This document shows, in pieces, positions 30,249 to 39,709 of a DNA stretch of 64,000 nucleotides. This DNA comes from a virus. The DNA is taken from positions 5,965 to 69,964 of the IMG/VR virus record IMGVR_UViG_3300036444_000030. One strand, 5' to 3'. Within the stretch, counting starts at the first letter, position 1, and each line of letters starts with the position of its first letter. Position numbers and translations under genes: made by a program. Below the pieces are notes generated by a model. It did no database searches and was not told where the DNA came from. It saw nothing but the letters and a program-made list of their open reading frames with translations.

Positions 30249-30518
30249 TCAGGGGTCGAGCATCGTCATGCCGAGCGCGGCCATGTACGTCTGCAGAATG
30301 GTTTCTTCTTCGAGACGCTCGTTGGCGTCCTTCTTTCGAAGGCGGATGATGGTGCGGATTGCCTTGGTGTCGTAACCGCGACCCTTGGCCTCACCCATCA
30401 CGTCTTTGATGTCGCCCTGGATCGCCGCCTTTTCTTCCTCAAGCCGCTCTACGCGCTCGATAATCTGGCGCAATTCTGCGGAAGCGACCGTGTCGCCGCT
30501 GTTGTGTCCGATAGACAT
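30249..30518 (-). CDS. gapR: GapR-like nucleoid-associated protein (DUF2312/UPF0335)
   Basis: [15 protein letters not shown]...[21 protein letters not shown]...Y..ALGM signature. Confidence 0.92.
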   Translation of the reverse strand: MSIGHNSGDTVASAELRQIIERVERLEEEKAAIQGDIKDVMGEAKGRGYDTKAIRTIIRLRKKDANERLEEETILQTYMAALGMTMLDP

Positions 30519-30542
30519 TTCGACTCCTAATTATTGAAAGTC

Positions 30543-30571
30543 ACGTTAAACGTGAAATATAAGCGCGTCAA
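30543..30571 (-). promoter_or_regulatory. Sigma70-type leftward promoter with overlapping operator
   Basis: TTGACG-17 nt-TAACGT; operator GTCAC-N7-GTGAA at 30540-30556. Confidence 0.7.
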
Positions 30572-30577
30572 GCAGCC

Positions 30578-31213
30578 CTACGTGGCCATAGCGTATTCCA
30601 TTGTAGAAAGCATCGCGAACTCGTCGGATGCTTCCTCGTCGCCTGCAAGGCCACCGTCGATGAACGATTTGGCGGATTGGAAGTGTGCAGGTTTTTGCCC
30701 GAGATCCTCCAATTTCGCCGACAGTGCCCCAGCGGTAAAGCATTGAGCTTCTGCGATAACCACATCTGTCAACGTTGGTAGACGAGAATGCTTTGCTTCT
30801 GTGTAAGGCTCCACGCCTTCCGGGTACTTCTCAAACATCTCGTCAACAACGCGCTGAAGTTCGGTACGAATCGCTTCCAGATTGGCTTTCGGCGGACGGT
30901 CGTCGTTCAACTGCTGCTGGATCATCGCGTCGCGCAGAACCACGAGGCTGCTGATCGCTTTGGTGATGTGGGAGAGTTGGCTATCGGCATCGATGTCTTC
31001 GCCTTCCCACCACTGCATGATGTGACCCGTTGCAGCGTCGACGTAGACCGATGCCTTGACGCCGGAAACCCGGTAGTTGTGCCGGCCGTATTTCGCCGCG
31101 CCTTCCAGCATAGCGATGCCGACTTCGGCCATGACAGTCATTGGAATAGTGGCAAACTGGCGCCATTTCTTGATACCGATGCCGTCCTTGGGGTTCGTTT
31201 CCTTCGTGCTCAT
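30578..31213 (-). CDS. dATP/dGTP diphosphohydrolase-domain protein (DUF5664-like)
   Basis: NPKD..G..K, GAAKYGRHNYR, WWEGEDIDADSQLSH motifs. Confidence 0.85.
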   Translation of the reverse strand: MSTKETNPKDGIGIKKWRQFATIPMTVMAEVGIAMLEGAAKYGRHNYRVSGVKASVYVDAATGHIMQWWEGEDIDADSQLSHITKAISSLVVLRDAMIQQQLNDDRPPKANLEAIRTELQRVVDEMFEKYPEGVEPYTEAKHSRLPTLTDVVIAEAQCFTAGALSAKLEDLGQKPAHFQSAKSFIDGGLAGDEEASDEFAMLSTMEYAMAT

Positions 31214-31422
31214 GAGCAGGCCTCCGCAACCATTGCCTCGCGGACGCGATCGTAGGCTTCCCACACACTCTCGTTGTGCACCGGCTGGACGTTGTGCTCA
31301 ACACCATCGCGCATGCGTACGGTAACGTGCCCGGAGCTATAGTAGCACTGGATGCTCTGGACGTAACGGGGATTGACGCTGGTGGTTTTCGTAATCTCGA
31401 CGAGCGCCATGGAAATCACCAC
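31210..31422 (-). CDS. Small hypothetical protein
   Basis: Fills the gap between coupled genes. Confidence 0.6.
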   Translation of the reverse strand: MVISMALVEITKTTSVNPRYVQSIQCYYSSGHVTVRMRDGVEHNVQPVHNESVWEAYDRVREAMVAEACS

Positions 31423-31955
31423 TTCTTGCCGTTTGCAGCAAGCCTGGCTTCATTCTTGTGATCGGCGCGGACGGCATTGTAAGCTCGCTTTTCAGCAACG
31501 GCGCCGTCGACATCGTAGCCGAACTTGGCAGCGTAAGCATCGATCGTAGCAAGGACGCGCGTGATCTCGATGCCGACACGAACGTGCCAGTTCGACTCGA
31601 TCAGATTGCCGATCCCTGTAATGAGGCGGGTAATTGCAAACAGCGCTTCGGCGCGATTGTCGGTCAGGTCGATCGCAAGCCCTTCCGGATTGACGAGCCT
31701 GTATCCGCAGCCGCCAGCAAAATCGAAGAGCCTGATCTTGGCGTCAGCCAGTTCGACTTCCGCCATCTTGCGATTGGGCAGGTGGTCATCCATCAGGTCT
31801 TTCCGCTCGCCTTCCATGGCTTCGGAAAGTTCGCTGACAACGAGCATCAGCATTTCGCCCTTGTTCCGATTGAGGCGCTCGCCTGTCGCCGGGTCACGCC
31901 ACCAGTGGGCATTGGAGGCATGGATTGCGGCAGCGAGGGTGTTTAAGTCTGTCAT
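31416..31955 (-). CDS. MazG-like NTP pyrophosphohydrolase
   Basis: LVVSELSEAMEGERK...EVELADAKIRLFD...EKRAYN motif. Confidence 0.85.
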   Translation of the reverse strand: MTDLNTLAAAIHASNAHWWRDPATGERLNRNKGEMLMLVVSELSEAMEGERKDLMDDHLPNRKMAEVELADAKIRLFDFAGGCGYRLVNPEGLAIDLTDNRAEALFAITRLITGIGNLIESNWHVRVGIEITRVLATIDAYAAKFGYDVDGAVAEKRAYNAVRADHKNEARLAANGKKW

Positions 31956-32137
31956 TTCCAGTTTCTCCTTCTTTTGCGCTTTGCCGTTTGGCGTCCGAGG
32001 TGGAAAAAGCCGCAGAATTTGCATTTGTAAGGTTCAGCCTTCGGATATCGCTTGCGCACCGAGGCTACGACTTTCGCGGCGAACCGCTCTTTCCCCTGAC
32101 ACGCCGACTCCCAGTCTTCATCTTCACTTACATTCAT
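31952..32137 (-). CDS. Small Zn-binding basic protein
   Basis: C.GK.RF...YKCKFCGFFH motif. Confidence 0.65.
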   Translation of the reverse strand: MNVSEDEDWESACQGKERFAAKVVASVRKRYPKAEPYKCKFCGFFHLGRQTAKRKRRRNWK

Positions 32138-32159
32138 ATTTCCACCTTAAAAGTGAAAG

Positions 32160-32759
32160 TCAAGATAAAAGTGAAACGATTGGCCGCAGATCGTCTATCC
32201 ACGTGACCAAGGGATCGCCGGGCGTCTCGTGGGATCGATTGTGTGATCGTCGAACCATAAAAGACTTGTGGCCGCAATCGTGACCGGAGACGGCGTGGTT
32301 GTAGTTGTCTTCGATCCAGACACCGCGCTCGAGGATACCGAGCCACTTCTTTTTGCTTTCGCCGAGCGGCAGGCAAATCACCTGTTCGAAGATGTCGCCG
32401 AATATCAGATCGAGGTTGAGCTTCCGCCTGGCGACGATGAGGGGGTTGTCCGAGCAACTGGTCAACACTGTCAGCCTGTGGCCCATCTCCTTGAGCGCTG
32501 TGACGTTCTCTACGGCATGCGGGCATGCTTCGAGATACTGGAACTGGGAGCTGTGATTGAAGCCGACGACCATCTCGCGCGACGCTGCCGGCGTCAGGCC
32601 GAGCCATCCGCTCATGTCCCACGAATCCGGCAATCCTTCGATAGGACGGTTCTCGACGGCTGAAACAAACCGTCTGAACGCGCCGAGCCAGTCTAAGAGC
32701 ACGTCGTCGCAATCGAGGATGATGTGAAGGTTTCGGTTCTGGCGATGGAAGTCGATCAT
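32160..32759 (-). CDS. HAD-family 5'(3')-deoxyribonucleotidase-like protein
   Basis: ILDCDDVLLDW, LTS and WIEDN HAD motifs. Confidence 0.85.
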   Translation of the reverse strand: MIDFHRQNRNLHIILDCDDVLLDWLGAFRRFVSAVENRPIEGLPDSWDMSGWLGLTPAASREMVVGFNHSSQFQYLEACPHAVENVTALKEMGHRLTVLTSCSDNPLIVARRKLNLDLIFGDIFEQVICLPLGESKKKWLGILERGVWIEDNYNHAVSGHDCGHKSFMVRRSHNRSHETPGDPLVTWIDDLRPIVSLLS

Positions 32760-33682
32760 GCCTGCAACTCCAGTTGACGGCGGCGCTGGCGGAAGCCGAC
32801 GAAGTTGCCGTGTTCTTCGCTGTGCTTCCAGCAGGCGGCGGTTTTGAATGCCGGTCGCTCGAAATGATAAGCCAGGTCTTCGAATTCATCAGCCTGCGCG
32901 ACGTGCTCGAACGGGCTGGCATGGAATGGTTTTGTGTGCAGCTTGTCGTAGATCGCGACGGCGCGGTCGAAGGTCATATCGAAGCCGTCGGTGGTTTTAT
33001 AGGACGTGCTGGCGCAGCGGGCGACGGAGAGTTTTTGCAGGATCTCGACGCCGATGTTGTGATCCCCACCACTTGCCTCATAGAGGAGATCTTCGTCGAA
33101 GCTGGTGATGAACGGCAGATGCCATTTACCAGGATTAAGCGTCTGCACCGTCGACTCGTCTTCAAGGCACTTCCGGATTTCGCGAGCGAGCATCTGGATA
33201 TGCGGCTCGGCGTCCTTGTGGTCGCGCAATTCGAGGAAGTTGTCCCATTCCGTCGACGACACGAGCACAGTGATATGGAGGAACGGTTCGAGCAGGCGGT
33301 TGATGACCTGCTTGTGGTAGCCGGCTGCTTCGAAGGCACGGGCAATACGGATCGCTTCATCACGTGCCCATAGCCATGCCCGTTCGCGCGAAACGCCTCC
33401 CGGCACAATGAGACGCAATCGTGCATCACATTCCTGGTCAGCCTGCATACCCTTCTGCGCCGCTCCCCAATGGATGGGCATGGCGGTGTCGGCGAGGATG
33501 TCGTCGATCATTTTCTTCACGGGGATAGCGCGACTGCTGGCAGCATTCCGGCTGAACACGCGATGAGTGAGGAATTCGGCATGGATGAACCGAGGGTAGC
33601 GCAAGAGAAGCGTCGAGAGCACCTTGTCAGGCGCACTGGCATTACGTGATCGCAGAATAGTCTTGGCGGAGATGGTGGTCAT
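32756..33682 (-). CDS. thyX: FAD-dependent thymidylate synthase, phage type
   Basis: AEFLTHRVFSRNAASSRAIP, HKQ..NRLLEPF, HASPFEH. Confidence 0.9.
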   Translation of the reverse strand: MTTISAKTILRSRNASAPDKVLSTLLLRYPRFIHAEFLTHRVFSRNAASSRAIPVKKMIDDILADTAMPIHWGAAQKGMQADQECDARLRLIVPGGVSRERAWLWARDEAIRIARAFEAAGYHKQVINRLLEPFLHITVLVSSTEWDNFLELRDHKDAEPHIQMLAREIRKCLEDESTVQTLNPGKWHLPFITSFDEDLLYEASGGDHNIGVEILQKLSVARCASTSYKTTDGFDMTFDRAVAIYDKLHTKPFHASPFEHVAQADEFEDLAYHFERPAFKTAACWKHSEEHGNFVGFRQRRRQLELQA

Positions 33683-33903
33683 AATTGATGGATTCCTTCT
33701 TCGATCAGGACCTCGAGTAGAAAGTCGAACCCGATCTGGTTAAATGCTCTCGCGTTGTCGATTTGGACCCGCCCCGTAGTTGGGTAGTAGTTGACAGTTC
33801 TGCACTTGATATGAGTACCCCCGTTGCGGACCACGAACGGAATGCCGAGCCTACCCAGTTTACAAATGACTTCATGCCAATCGTCGACAGGTGTTGACCT
33901 CAT
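33679..33903 (-). CDS. Hypothetical protein
   Basis: NGGTH...NYYPTTGR; coupled to thyX. Confidence 0.65.
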   Translation of the reverse strand: MRSTPVDDWHEVICKLGRLGIPFVVRNGGTHIKCRTVNYYPTTGRVQIDNARAFNQIGFDFLLEVLIEEGIHQL

Positions 33904-33912
33904 GTCGGATTC

Positions 33913-34731
33913 CTAAAGATCGAGCGCGCTGCGCAGCTCGGCGTACTGGTCGGGTGTGAGGCTGATCGTGTACGGACCTTCTTCGACATGGAAAATTTCA
34001 GCGGCTTCGAACAACGTCGTCAGCCGGTCCTTGAGGGTTTTTGGCTTTTCGCCGGCATCCAGGTGCTTCGCGGTGGCGCGCTTTTTCCCTTCCGCCTGCG
34101 CCTTGTCGACTGCACGCGTCAGATCGCCAGCGGCTTTAACACCGTCGCCGCCGTGCTTCTTCAACGTGGCCATGGCGAGCGTCGCGGCGACTTGGCCTGT
34201 GGCCACCAGGTTGGTGACGGCAGCCGGCGCGGCCTGCAGTTCGAGAAGTTCGACGATCCACTGGCGAGCAAGCCCGGTCTTCTGCTGGATGTCTTTTTCC
34301 GTCCAGCCGAGGTCGATGAGACGCTTGAAGACGCGCGCCTGTTCGATCGGTGTCAGCGGTTTGCCGGAATTGCGGACGATCTGGCTGAATACACGATCAG
34401 CCTCGCTCGAATACCGATCCTCCGTCTGCACCGGTACGCTTTTGATCTCGGCTCCGAGATGCTCGATCGCGTACATGGTGGCGCCGTGGCGGCGATGACC
34501 GTCGGAAATGAAAGCCTTGCCATCTTCCGTGTAGACGGTGAGCGGCTGTTTGATGCCGACCTGCGAGATGGATTCCGCCAGCGCCAAGTCTTCGGGATCA
34601 TCGGCATTGAAGTTGATCGAGCGGCAATTCCAATCGACCTTCACGTTCAGGTCGTGCGGGTCCATGCGGTAGATGTCGGAGCGGCCGACGGCGAGCGATT
34701 TGATGACGCCTTGGTTTGATGCAGCGGTCAT
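33913..34731 (-). CDS. ParB/Srx N-terminal-domain protein with HTH
   Basis: LAESISQVGIKQPL, SDGHRR, LTPIEQA motifs. Confidence 0.85.
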   Translation of the reverse strand: MTAASNQGVIKSLAVGRSDIYRMDPHDLNVKVDWNCRSINFNADDPEDLALAESISQVGIKQPLTVYTEDGKAFISDGHRRHGATMYAIEHLGAEIKSVPVQTEDRYSSEADRVFSQIVRNSGKPLTPIEQARVFKRLIDLGWTEKDIQQKTGLARQWIVELLELQAAPAAVTNLVATGQVAATLAMATLKKHGGDGVKAAGDLTRAVDKAQAEGKKRATAKHLDAGEKPKTLKDRLTTLFEAAEIFHVEEGPYTISLTPDQYAELRSALDL

Positions 34732-34741
34732 GCGTGTTTCC

Positions 34742-35020
34742 TCACACGAGCAGGTCGCCGAGATCGACCGGCTTCGGTTTGACAGGGGGAGAGTCGATCA
34801 GGTCATCCAAATCGACGGTCCGCTTAGGGGAAGGTGGCGCGGTGAAGATCCGCCATGTGGCTCCGAAATGCCTGACGCCCCGAGGATCCTCGACGAGCAC
34901 ATTGGTTTCGCCGTAGTGTTTGATCACGACGCCATCGATAGGTTCCAGCCCGTAGGCGTTAAGGTAGGTGACCTTGGTGCCGACCGGCCATAGTGTGTTG
35001 GGGCGGTTTTCGGCTGCCAT
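34742..35020 (-). CDS. Hypothetical protein ending DLDDLID...DLGDLLV
   Basis: Operon packing. Confidence 0.6.
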   Translation of the reverse strand: MAAENRPNTLWPVGTKVTYLNAYGLEPIDGVVIKHYGETNVLVEDPRGVRHFGATWRIFTAPPSPKRTVDLDDLIDSPPVKPKPVDLGDLLV

Positions 35021-35111
35021 CACAAGACCCCGATCAGTAAAAGGATCCGAAGCGTTGACAGCAGCAGGAACCACGCGGCGAGCCCAAGCGCTGCGCAAAC
35101 GAGAAAAGCCC

Positions 35112-35354
35112 TCATCGCGCGTACCTCGATTGCTGGTTTGCCCGTAAACCGGTCTCCTCGACTAAACAACGAATGCTGCCGTCGACGAAGCGTTCGAGAA
35201 GCTCGCCACGGAACTCGGACAGAGGTGTGCCAGGGGCGACTTCATCCCGCATTGGAACGGCGGTTTCATGTATCCACTGGCGGTAAGCGGGGTTACGTCT
35301 AGAATGGGTGCAAATATCTCGAGCGCTACGAGCGATGTCGGCTTCGGTCATCAT
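35112..35354 (-). CDS. Hypothetical protein
   Basis: Coupled ORF. Confidence 0.55.
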   Translation of the reverse strand: MMTEADIARSARDICTHSRRNPAYRQWIHETAVPMRDEVAPGTPLSEFRGELLERFVDGSIRCLVEETGLRANQQSRYAR

Positions 35355-35854
35355 GCGTCACCGCCTTCGCTCGGTGCGCACGGCACGTTTTTCCCGCTGC
35401 TGAGTATGTAGTCGCGCCATGGCGTCCAACACCATTGCCCATCCCGGTTTTTCAGGAAGCCCCACGCGCGCCCGGAGCTGCCCCGCCACACGAGGGTGTA
35501 AATCCGTCCGTTTTCGGTTTGGAGGCCTTGACCGCTTGAGCGTCCGACAACGCGGTGGCAATGGGTCGCAGGTCTGTAATGGAGCCGAAAGGCTCGGACT
35601 AGTTGACGGCGAAGGTGATATTGCATGGGGAGCGGGCCGCTCATCCATATCGGCTCGGCTACTTCTTCCACATAACTGGTGAGTGGGAACGTCCAGAAGT
35701 CCCACGGGTGGTCGTGGCAGTCGGGGTCGGCGTCGCCGCGATGGAATACGTGAAAGCGCAGTCGCCCGATCCAAACCCGTGTCATGTACGAGGTTCGCCG
35801 TTCACCTTCATCGCCATAGATGGTGTGAAAGCCAAGGAAACTATCAGCCATCAC
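35351..35854 (-). CDS. Cupin-like hypothetical protein
   Basis: HVFHRGD.D...HDHPW...Y.EE...HRV motif. Confidence 0.7.
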   Translation of the reverse strand: MMADSFLGFHTIYGDEGERRTSYMTRVWIGRLRFHVFHRGDADPDCHDHPWDFWTFPLTSYVEEVAEPIWMSGPLPMQYHLRRQLVRAFRLHYRPATHCHRVVGRSSGQGLQTENGRIYTLVWRGSSGRAWGFLKNRDGQWCWTPWRDYILSSGKNVPCAPSEGGDA

Positions 35855-36342
35855 ACACCGCCTTCTGCGATTTTGACCATCTGTCGACCCATGTTGGTCA
35901 AACGGTAACCCGACCCGCAGACCTCACCTTCATCAGTCATCAAACCGCGCACATGCTCGGTGATACCTTTGCGTGCCAATGCGCGGGTGATGCTGCGAGC
36001 GGTTTCGTCGTTGTGGATGCCAGCCTCGCTGGATATCCACTTGAAGGTGACAGCGAAGTCGGGGTCGAGGGCATAGAGTGTCACGGCGATGTCCTGCTGG
36101 CGCTTTGACAGGGAGGCGAGGTTTGGAACGGACTCCATGTTTCGAAGCAACTCAGGCAGCCCTTCGGCGAGCTTTCCGGCTTCGTGTCGCAGGATCATGC
36201 AAAGGGCTTCAAGCTCACAAAGCTGGAACTCGTCTGACAGCCATGCTCGGCCGCCCTTGCTGGTACTGCGTCCTTCGTCCGCACCATTTGCGCGATCGTT
36301 CCATACTTCGTAGGCTTGGGAAATGGTGACCTTTTTCATCAC
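35851..36342 (-). CDS. Hypothetical protein with C-terminal winged-helix-like region
   Basis: RALARKG...GSGYRLT..G. Confidence 0.6.
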   Translation of the reverse strand: MMKKVTISQAYEVWNDRANGADEGRSTSKGGRAWLSDEFQLCELEALCMILRHEAGKLAEGLPELLRNMESVPNLASLSKRQQDIAVTLYALDPDFAVTFKWISSEAGIHNDETARSITRALARKGITEHVRGLMTDEGEVCGSGYRLTNMGRQMVKIAEGGV

Positions 36343-36623
36343 GCTTCTCCCCCATCAAACAGATGAAATACGAGGGTGCCGTTCCGCAGAAGAAGTGTCG
36401 AAATGAAGCGAGCGTCAGCAAGCGCTGGAAATCCGGTTCCCACGACGTGGATAGTGCGGCGGGTTTTGGGACGACCCGGATCGCATCGATACCAAATCGC
36501 AATCTGCCCAGGGTATTGAACGGCGGCGCTGAGGATTTCGGATTGAGCCGGGCAATCGAGTTCTACGCAGTCGGCAATATCTTCGAAATTAATCGTGGCC
36601 TTGTGGACGGTAAACATTTTCAT
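36339..36623 (-). CDS. Conserved phage hypothetical protein
   Basis: IHVVGTG...FIST...LVFHLF; RBS AGGAG. Confidence 0.7.
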   Translation of the reverse strand: MKMFTVHKATINFEDIADCVELDCPAQSEILSAAVQYPGQIAIWYRCDPGRPKTRRTIHVVGTGFPALADARFISTLLLRNGTLVFHLFDGGEA

Positions 36624-36643
36624 CGTCTCCTAAACAGAATTGC

Positions 36644-36672
36644 ACGATAAAAGTGAAATTAAATCGCGTCAA
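36644..36672 (-). promoter_or_regulatory. Sigma70-type leftward promoter flanked by two operators
   Basis: TTGACG-17 nt-TATCGT; operators at 36641-36657 and 36679-36695. Confidence 0.7.
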
Positions 36673-36698
36673 CTGTAATTCTCATTAAAAGTGAAATT

Positions 36699-36902
36699 CT
36701 ATGCGTTTGAACTGATCTTCTGAGGCCTTTTGACGGGGCAGGCGGGCAACCGCTCAAACTGGGTATTCCAGCCAAGTCCATTCTTTGGATCGGCGATGAA
36801 CTTGGACATGACGTTCTTGGCGGCATAAGCGCTCGGCGCTGAGACCTCGAATGTCTTGCGACTGCGACCGACGGCAAACCAGAACTGTTTCTGTGGGCTC
36901 AT
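36699..36902 (-). CDS. Hypothetical protein
   Basis: RBS GAGGA; 67 aa. Confidence 0.5.
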   Translation of the reverse strand: MSPQKQFWFAVGRSRKTFEVSAPSAYAAKNVMSKFIADPKNGLGWNTQFERLPACPVKRPQKISSNA

Positions 36903-36914
36903 CCGAGCGTCCTC

Positions 36915-36949
36915 TTGACTGTCACATTCAACGTGAACAAAATAGGAAC
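36915..36949 (+). promoter_or_regulatory. Rightward promoter with phage operator and LexA box
   Basis: TTGACT-17 nt-CAAAAT; GTCAC-N7-GTGAA at 36921-36937; GAAC-AAAATAG-GAAC at 36935-36949. Confidence 0.75.
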
Positions 36950-37237
36950 ATGAAACACCGTCGCGGCATAAACCTGGTTCCGGATTCCTTTCGGGTGATC
37001 TACGAAGGGACGGTGAGTCGTGATCTGTATCCGACGCTCAATGCCTATCCGGAGTGGTACGTGTTCGGAGGCCGATGCTCCCGTTGTGAGCGGGAAGGGT
37101 GGCTCGATCGCCGGGAGTTGGTTCGGCGCTTCGGTAACAACGTGTTCCTCAACCAGCTGCGTCCGAAGCTGCGCTGCATGAAGTGCGGGAATAAGGGCAA
37201 CAACAACTGGATCATCGGGAAGCTGGCGAGGGATTAG
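36950..37237 (+). CDS. Small Zn-finger protein, probably leaderless and SOS-controlled
   Basis: CSRC...CMKC; ATG directly follows the LexA box. Confidence 0.75.
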   Translation: MKHRRGINLVPDSFRVIYEGTVSRDLYPTLNAYPEWYVFGGRCSRCEREGWLDRRELVRRFGNNVFLNQLRPKLRCMKCGNKGNNNWIIGKLARD

Positions 37238-38094
37238 TCAACGGCTGGCGACACGGGCCATTAACTCGGGCAAGATGATGTGCCACATCGTGGCGTCGTA
37301 GACCGGTTCACCCGGTGCGAATTGCATCGGCGCCATGTGCGACATGTAGAATTTCGCGGTCGCAACCAGGTTCTCGTCTGACAGCGCGCGCATCTCACCT
37401 CGTTTCCTGCGTGACCAGTCTTCGTATTGTTGCGCTCGTGCCTGCGCTTCCGGCGTCAGTTTAAAGGTCATCGAGTTTCTTCCGTTCAAATGCGTCTGCC
37501 AGCAGAGAGCCTGCGAAATAGGGCCAAACGAGTGATTTCCAGAAACCGTGTTTTTCGGCGAAGCCGTCAGCGATGCCGGCGTAAATAATGCAGAGGAGAA
37601 CGGAGGTCATCGGCAGGTTCCCCGTAAAACAGACTCCTCGAGAGCGCTGGCTGCGCGGCGGAAATGCCCGCACGCGGTGACGCATTGATGGTCGTCATCC
37701 CAAGACGCAGGGATATCGGAAACGACCGCTGCCAACGGTCCCAATGCTTCCCGAAGCAGTTCCACTTCCGCAACGAGATCAGAATGCTCGTAGCACTTTT
37801 GCATCGATCGCAGGTCGCCGCCGAACTGAGCATGTGCTTTTAGGACATCAGGATGGAACTTCATTCCCCACTCCTGATGTTGGTGTGTTTGTGGAGAATG
37901 CGGGGAGGAATCTCCTCGTGATGTGCTGTTTCCACGTATTGTATCGGACCATCGATTTTATAGACGGTGCCGTAAGACGCAGACTTGTCGCCTTCAATCT
38001 CCTTTGTCCTGAGGTAATAGGACAAGATTCTGTATCCGAGGAAACCTGCCAACAGGCCGAGCGGAAACAAAATCTGATTTAAAATCTCGCTCAT
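37238..38094 (-). CDS. Four short coupled hypothetical ORFs (37238-37471, 37461-37610, 37607-37864, 37861-38094)
   Basis: Overlapping start/stop codons; two have hydrophobic N-termini. Confidence 0.55.
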
Positions 38095-38096
38095 AT

Positions 38097-38759
38097 CTAG
38101 CCCTCCTGCTTTGCGGGTGCTGCGGGGAGAGCGCGCATAATGGCGTCAACAATAGGCTGCAATTCGTTAGATGACCTATTAGCGTTTTCAACGCGGATCA
38201 TGATGTCATTCACCATCACCGGCTCGCCTTTACGCCATCCGTCCTGCTTCAAGCAGTAGATGAGAACAGAACCGCTATTTGACGCCACCTGCCAACCTTC
38301 CGCCACGTCCTGCACCTGTGCGGAGAGGGCGGAAACCATCGTTCGAATTTTGGCGAGGGTTTCCCGGTCCTGCTCGTCGTTAACCAGAACATTGTCCAAC
38401 TCCGCAAGAATGGCTTTCACAGCCACGGATGGCGCGGTTGGGGCGGCGTAGACTGGGCGATACTCGGTGCCAGGAAGCTTGTCCTCTCTTGGCCCATCGG
38501 GGCAATGCTGCCACTGGTCGCCGACCGTCCATCGCGGGTTTCGCCACTGCCAACCCACGGGCTCCGCAGCGGACAGGGCGGCTTCGAGGCGGTCGGCAAT
38601 GGCCTGCGACATACCGCCACCGATATTCGAGCTAAGAAACGATGGATCGTCAGGGAGATCAAATAGCTTTAGGCGCGCGCCACGCTTCATAAGCTGAATG
38701 AGGTTTCGAAGATGATCGTCAACGGTCGTTTCTGATGCTTGCGTTTCGGTGGTCATCAT
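38097..38759 (-). CDS. Mosaic phage early hypothetical protein
   Basis: ALSAAEPVGWQ, YRPVYAAP and LPAAP linker motifs. Confidence 0.65.
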   Translation of the reverse strand: MMTTETQASETTVDDHLRNLIQLMKRGARLKLFDLPDDPSFLSSNIGGGMSQAIADRLEAALSAAEPVGWQWRNPRWTVGDQWQHCPDGPREDKLPGTEYRPVYAAPTAPSVAVKAILAELDNVLVNDEQDRETLAKIRTMVSALSAQVQDVAEGWQVASNSGSVLIYCLKQDGWRKGEPVMVNDIMIRVENANRSSNELQPIVDAIMRALPAAPAKQEG

Positions 38760-38802
38760 CGTTCCGGTCTCCGCAAATCGGCAATCTGTAGCTTGTTGCG
38801 GT

Positions 38803-39471
38803 TCATAGCGCGCTCCTTTTCCAAAGAACGTTGCCTTCCAAGTCCTCAATGCTGACGACGTGGTCATTCAGCCGGCCGTGGTCCTCAGGTTTGCATTTGT
38901 CGCTCGGCTGGATCGGATAGAACCCGCCGTCAGCCGTTCTCATTATCCAGACAGTTGGGAGGAGAGAGGTGAGGGGCTCAAAGCGTCCGTCGTTGAATTC
39001 CTCAACCGGCCTCACCCACAAAGAGCCGTCATCAATGCTGCGATAGACTGCGACCTCGCGCATGTCAGCAGATGCGCCGGTATCGTACTCGAACCACTTC
39101 TCCGCCTGCATCTTTCCGACGCCGAGCAGCACGTATTCGGTGCCGCGCTTCTTGTGTCGATGAGTTGGGGGAGCCGCTTTGCTGACTTCGACGATGGCCG
39201 CTTCGGCTTGAGGTCGATAGGCGTGTGACCATTTCTCCCAAAAGTAATCGCCCATCTCGGATTCATCGAATTGACCGCGCAATTCAGGATCAGCTTTAGC
39301 TATCGCTCGCCCCACTCGGTCAACGAGAGTTGTGTTAGATTGTGCTGCTACAGCGCTGTGCTTCAACACCAGCTCGACGATGTCATTCTTGTCGACAGCA
39401 TAGCGTTCGCCATCAAACCAGCCTGCCAGCAGTTCATCCACGTCTTTCGAGATTTCGTCTCTGTTTGTCAT
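38803..39471 (-). CDS. Hypothetical protein with DUF1653-like segment
   Basis: THRHKKRGTEY...VYRS..DG.LWVRP.EEF.DGRF. Confidence 0.7.
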   Translation of the reverse strand: MTNRDEISKDVDELLAGWFDGERYAVDKNDIVELVLKHSAVAAQSNTTLVDRVGRAIAKADPELRGQFDESEMGDYFWEKWSHAYRPQAEAAIVEVSKAAPPTHRHKKRGTEYVLLGVGKMQAEKWFEYDTGASADMREVAVYRSIDDGSLWVRPVEEFNDGRFEPLTSLLPTVWIMRTADGGFYPIQPSDKCKPEDHGRLNDHVVSIEDLEGNVLWKRSAL

Positions 39472-39703
39472 AGTCCACCGTTGATCCTGATTTGAATTTC
39501 TTGCTGCTCTCGATCGACCACGCTGGCGCCCAAAAGCCGCCTTCGGCTTTCACGAGCACCTTCTTCGGGATCCAGACCTCGTGGCCGTAATACTGGAAGA
39601 GGTATGCTCGGTGCGTCTCGTTGAGGCACGGGCCGAGGCCGCGATAGCCTGCCGGCACCTCGTCGAGTTCTTTCGCTTTGACTTGTTTGTCGGGGATCAT
39701 CAA
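39434..39703 (-). CDS. Hypothetical protein
   Basis: ET.RAYLF...EVWIPK motif. Confidence 0.55.
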   Translation of the reverse strand: MMIPDKQVKAKELDEVPAGYRGLGPCLNETHRAYLFQYYGHEVWIPKKVLVKAEGGFWAPAWSIESSKKFKSGSTVDYDKQRRNLERRG

Positions 39704-39709
39704 CGAATC

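Noticed and set aside
30578-31955. 2-aminoadenine (Z) genome system
   Set aside because: No PurZ-like synthetase or dedicated polymerase is visible in the window
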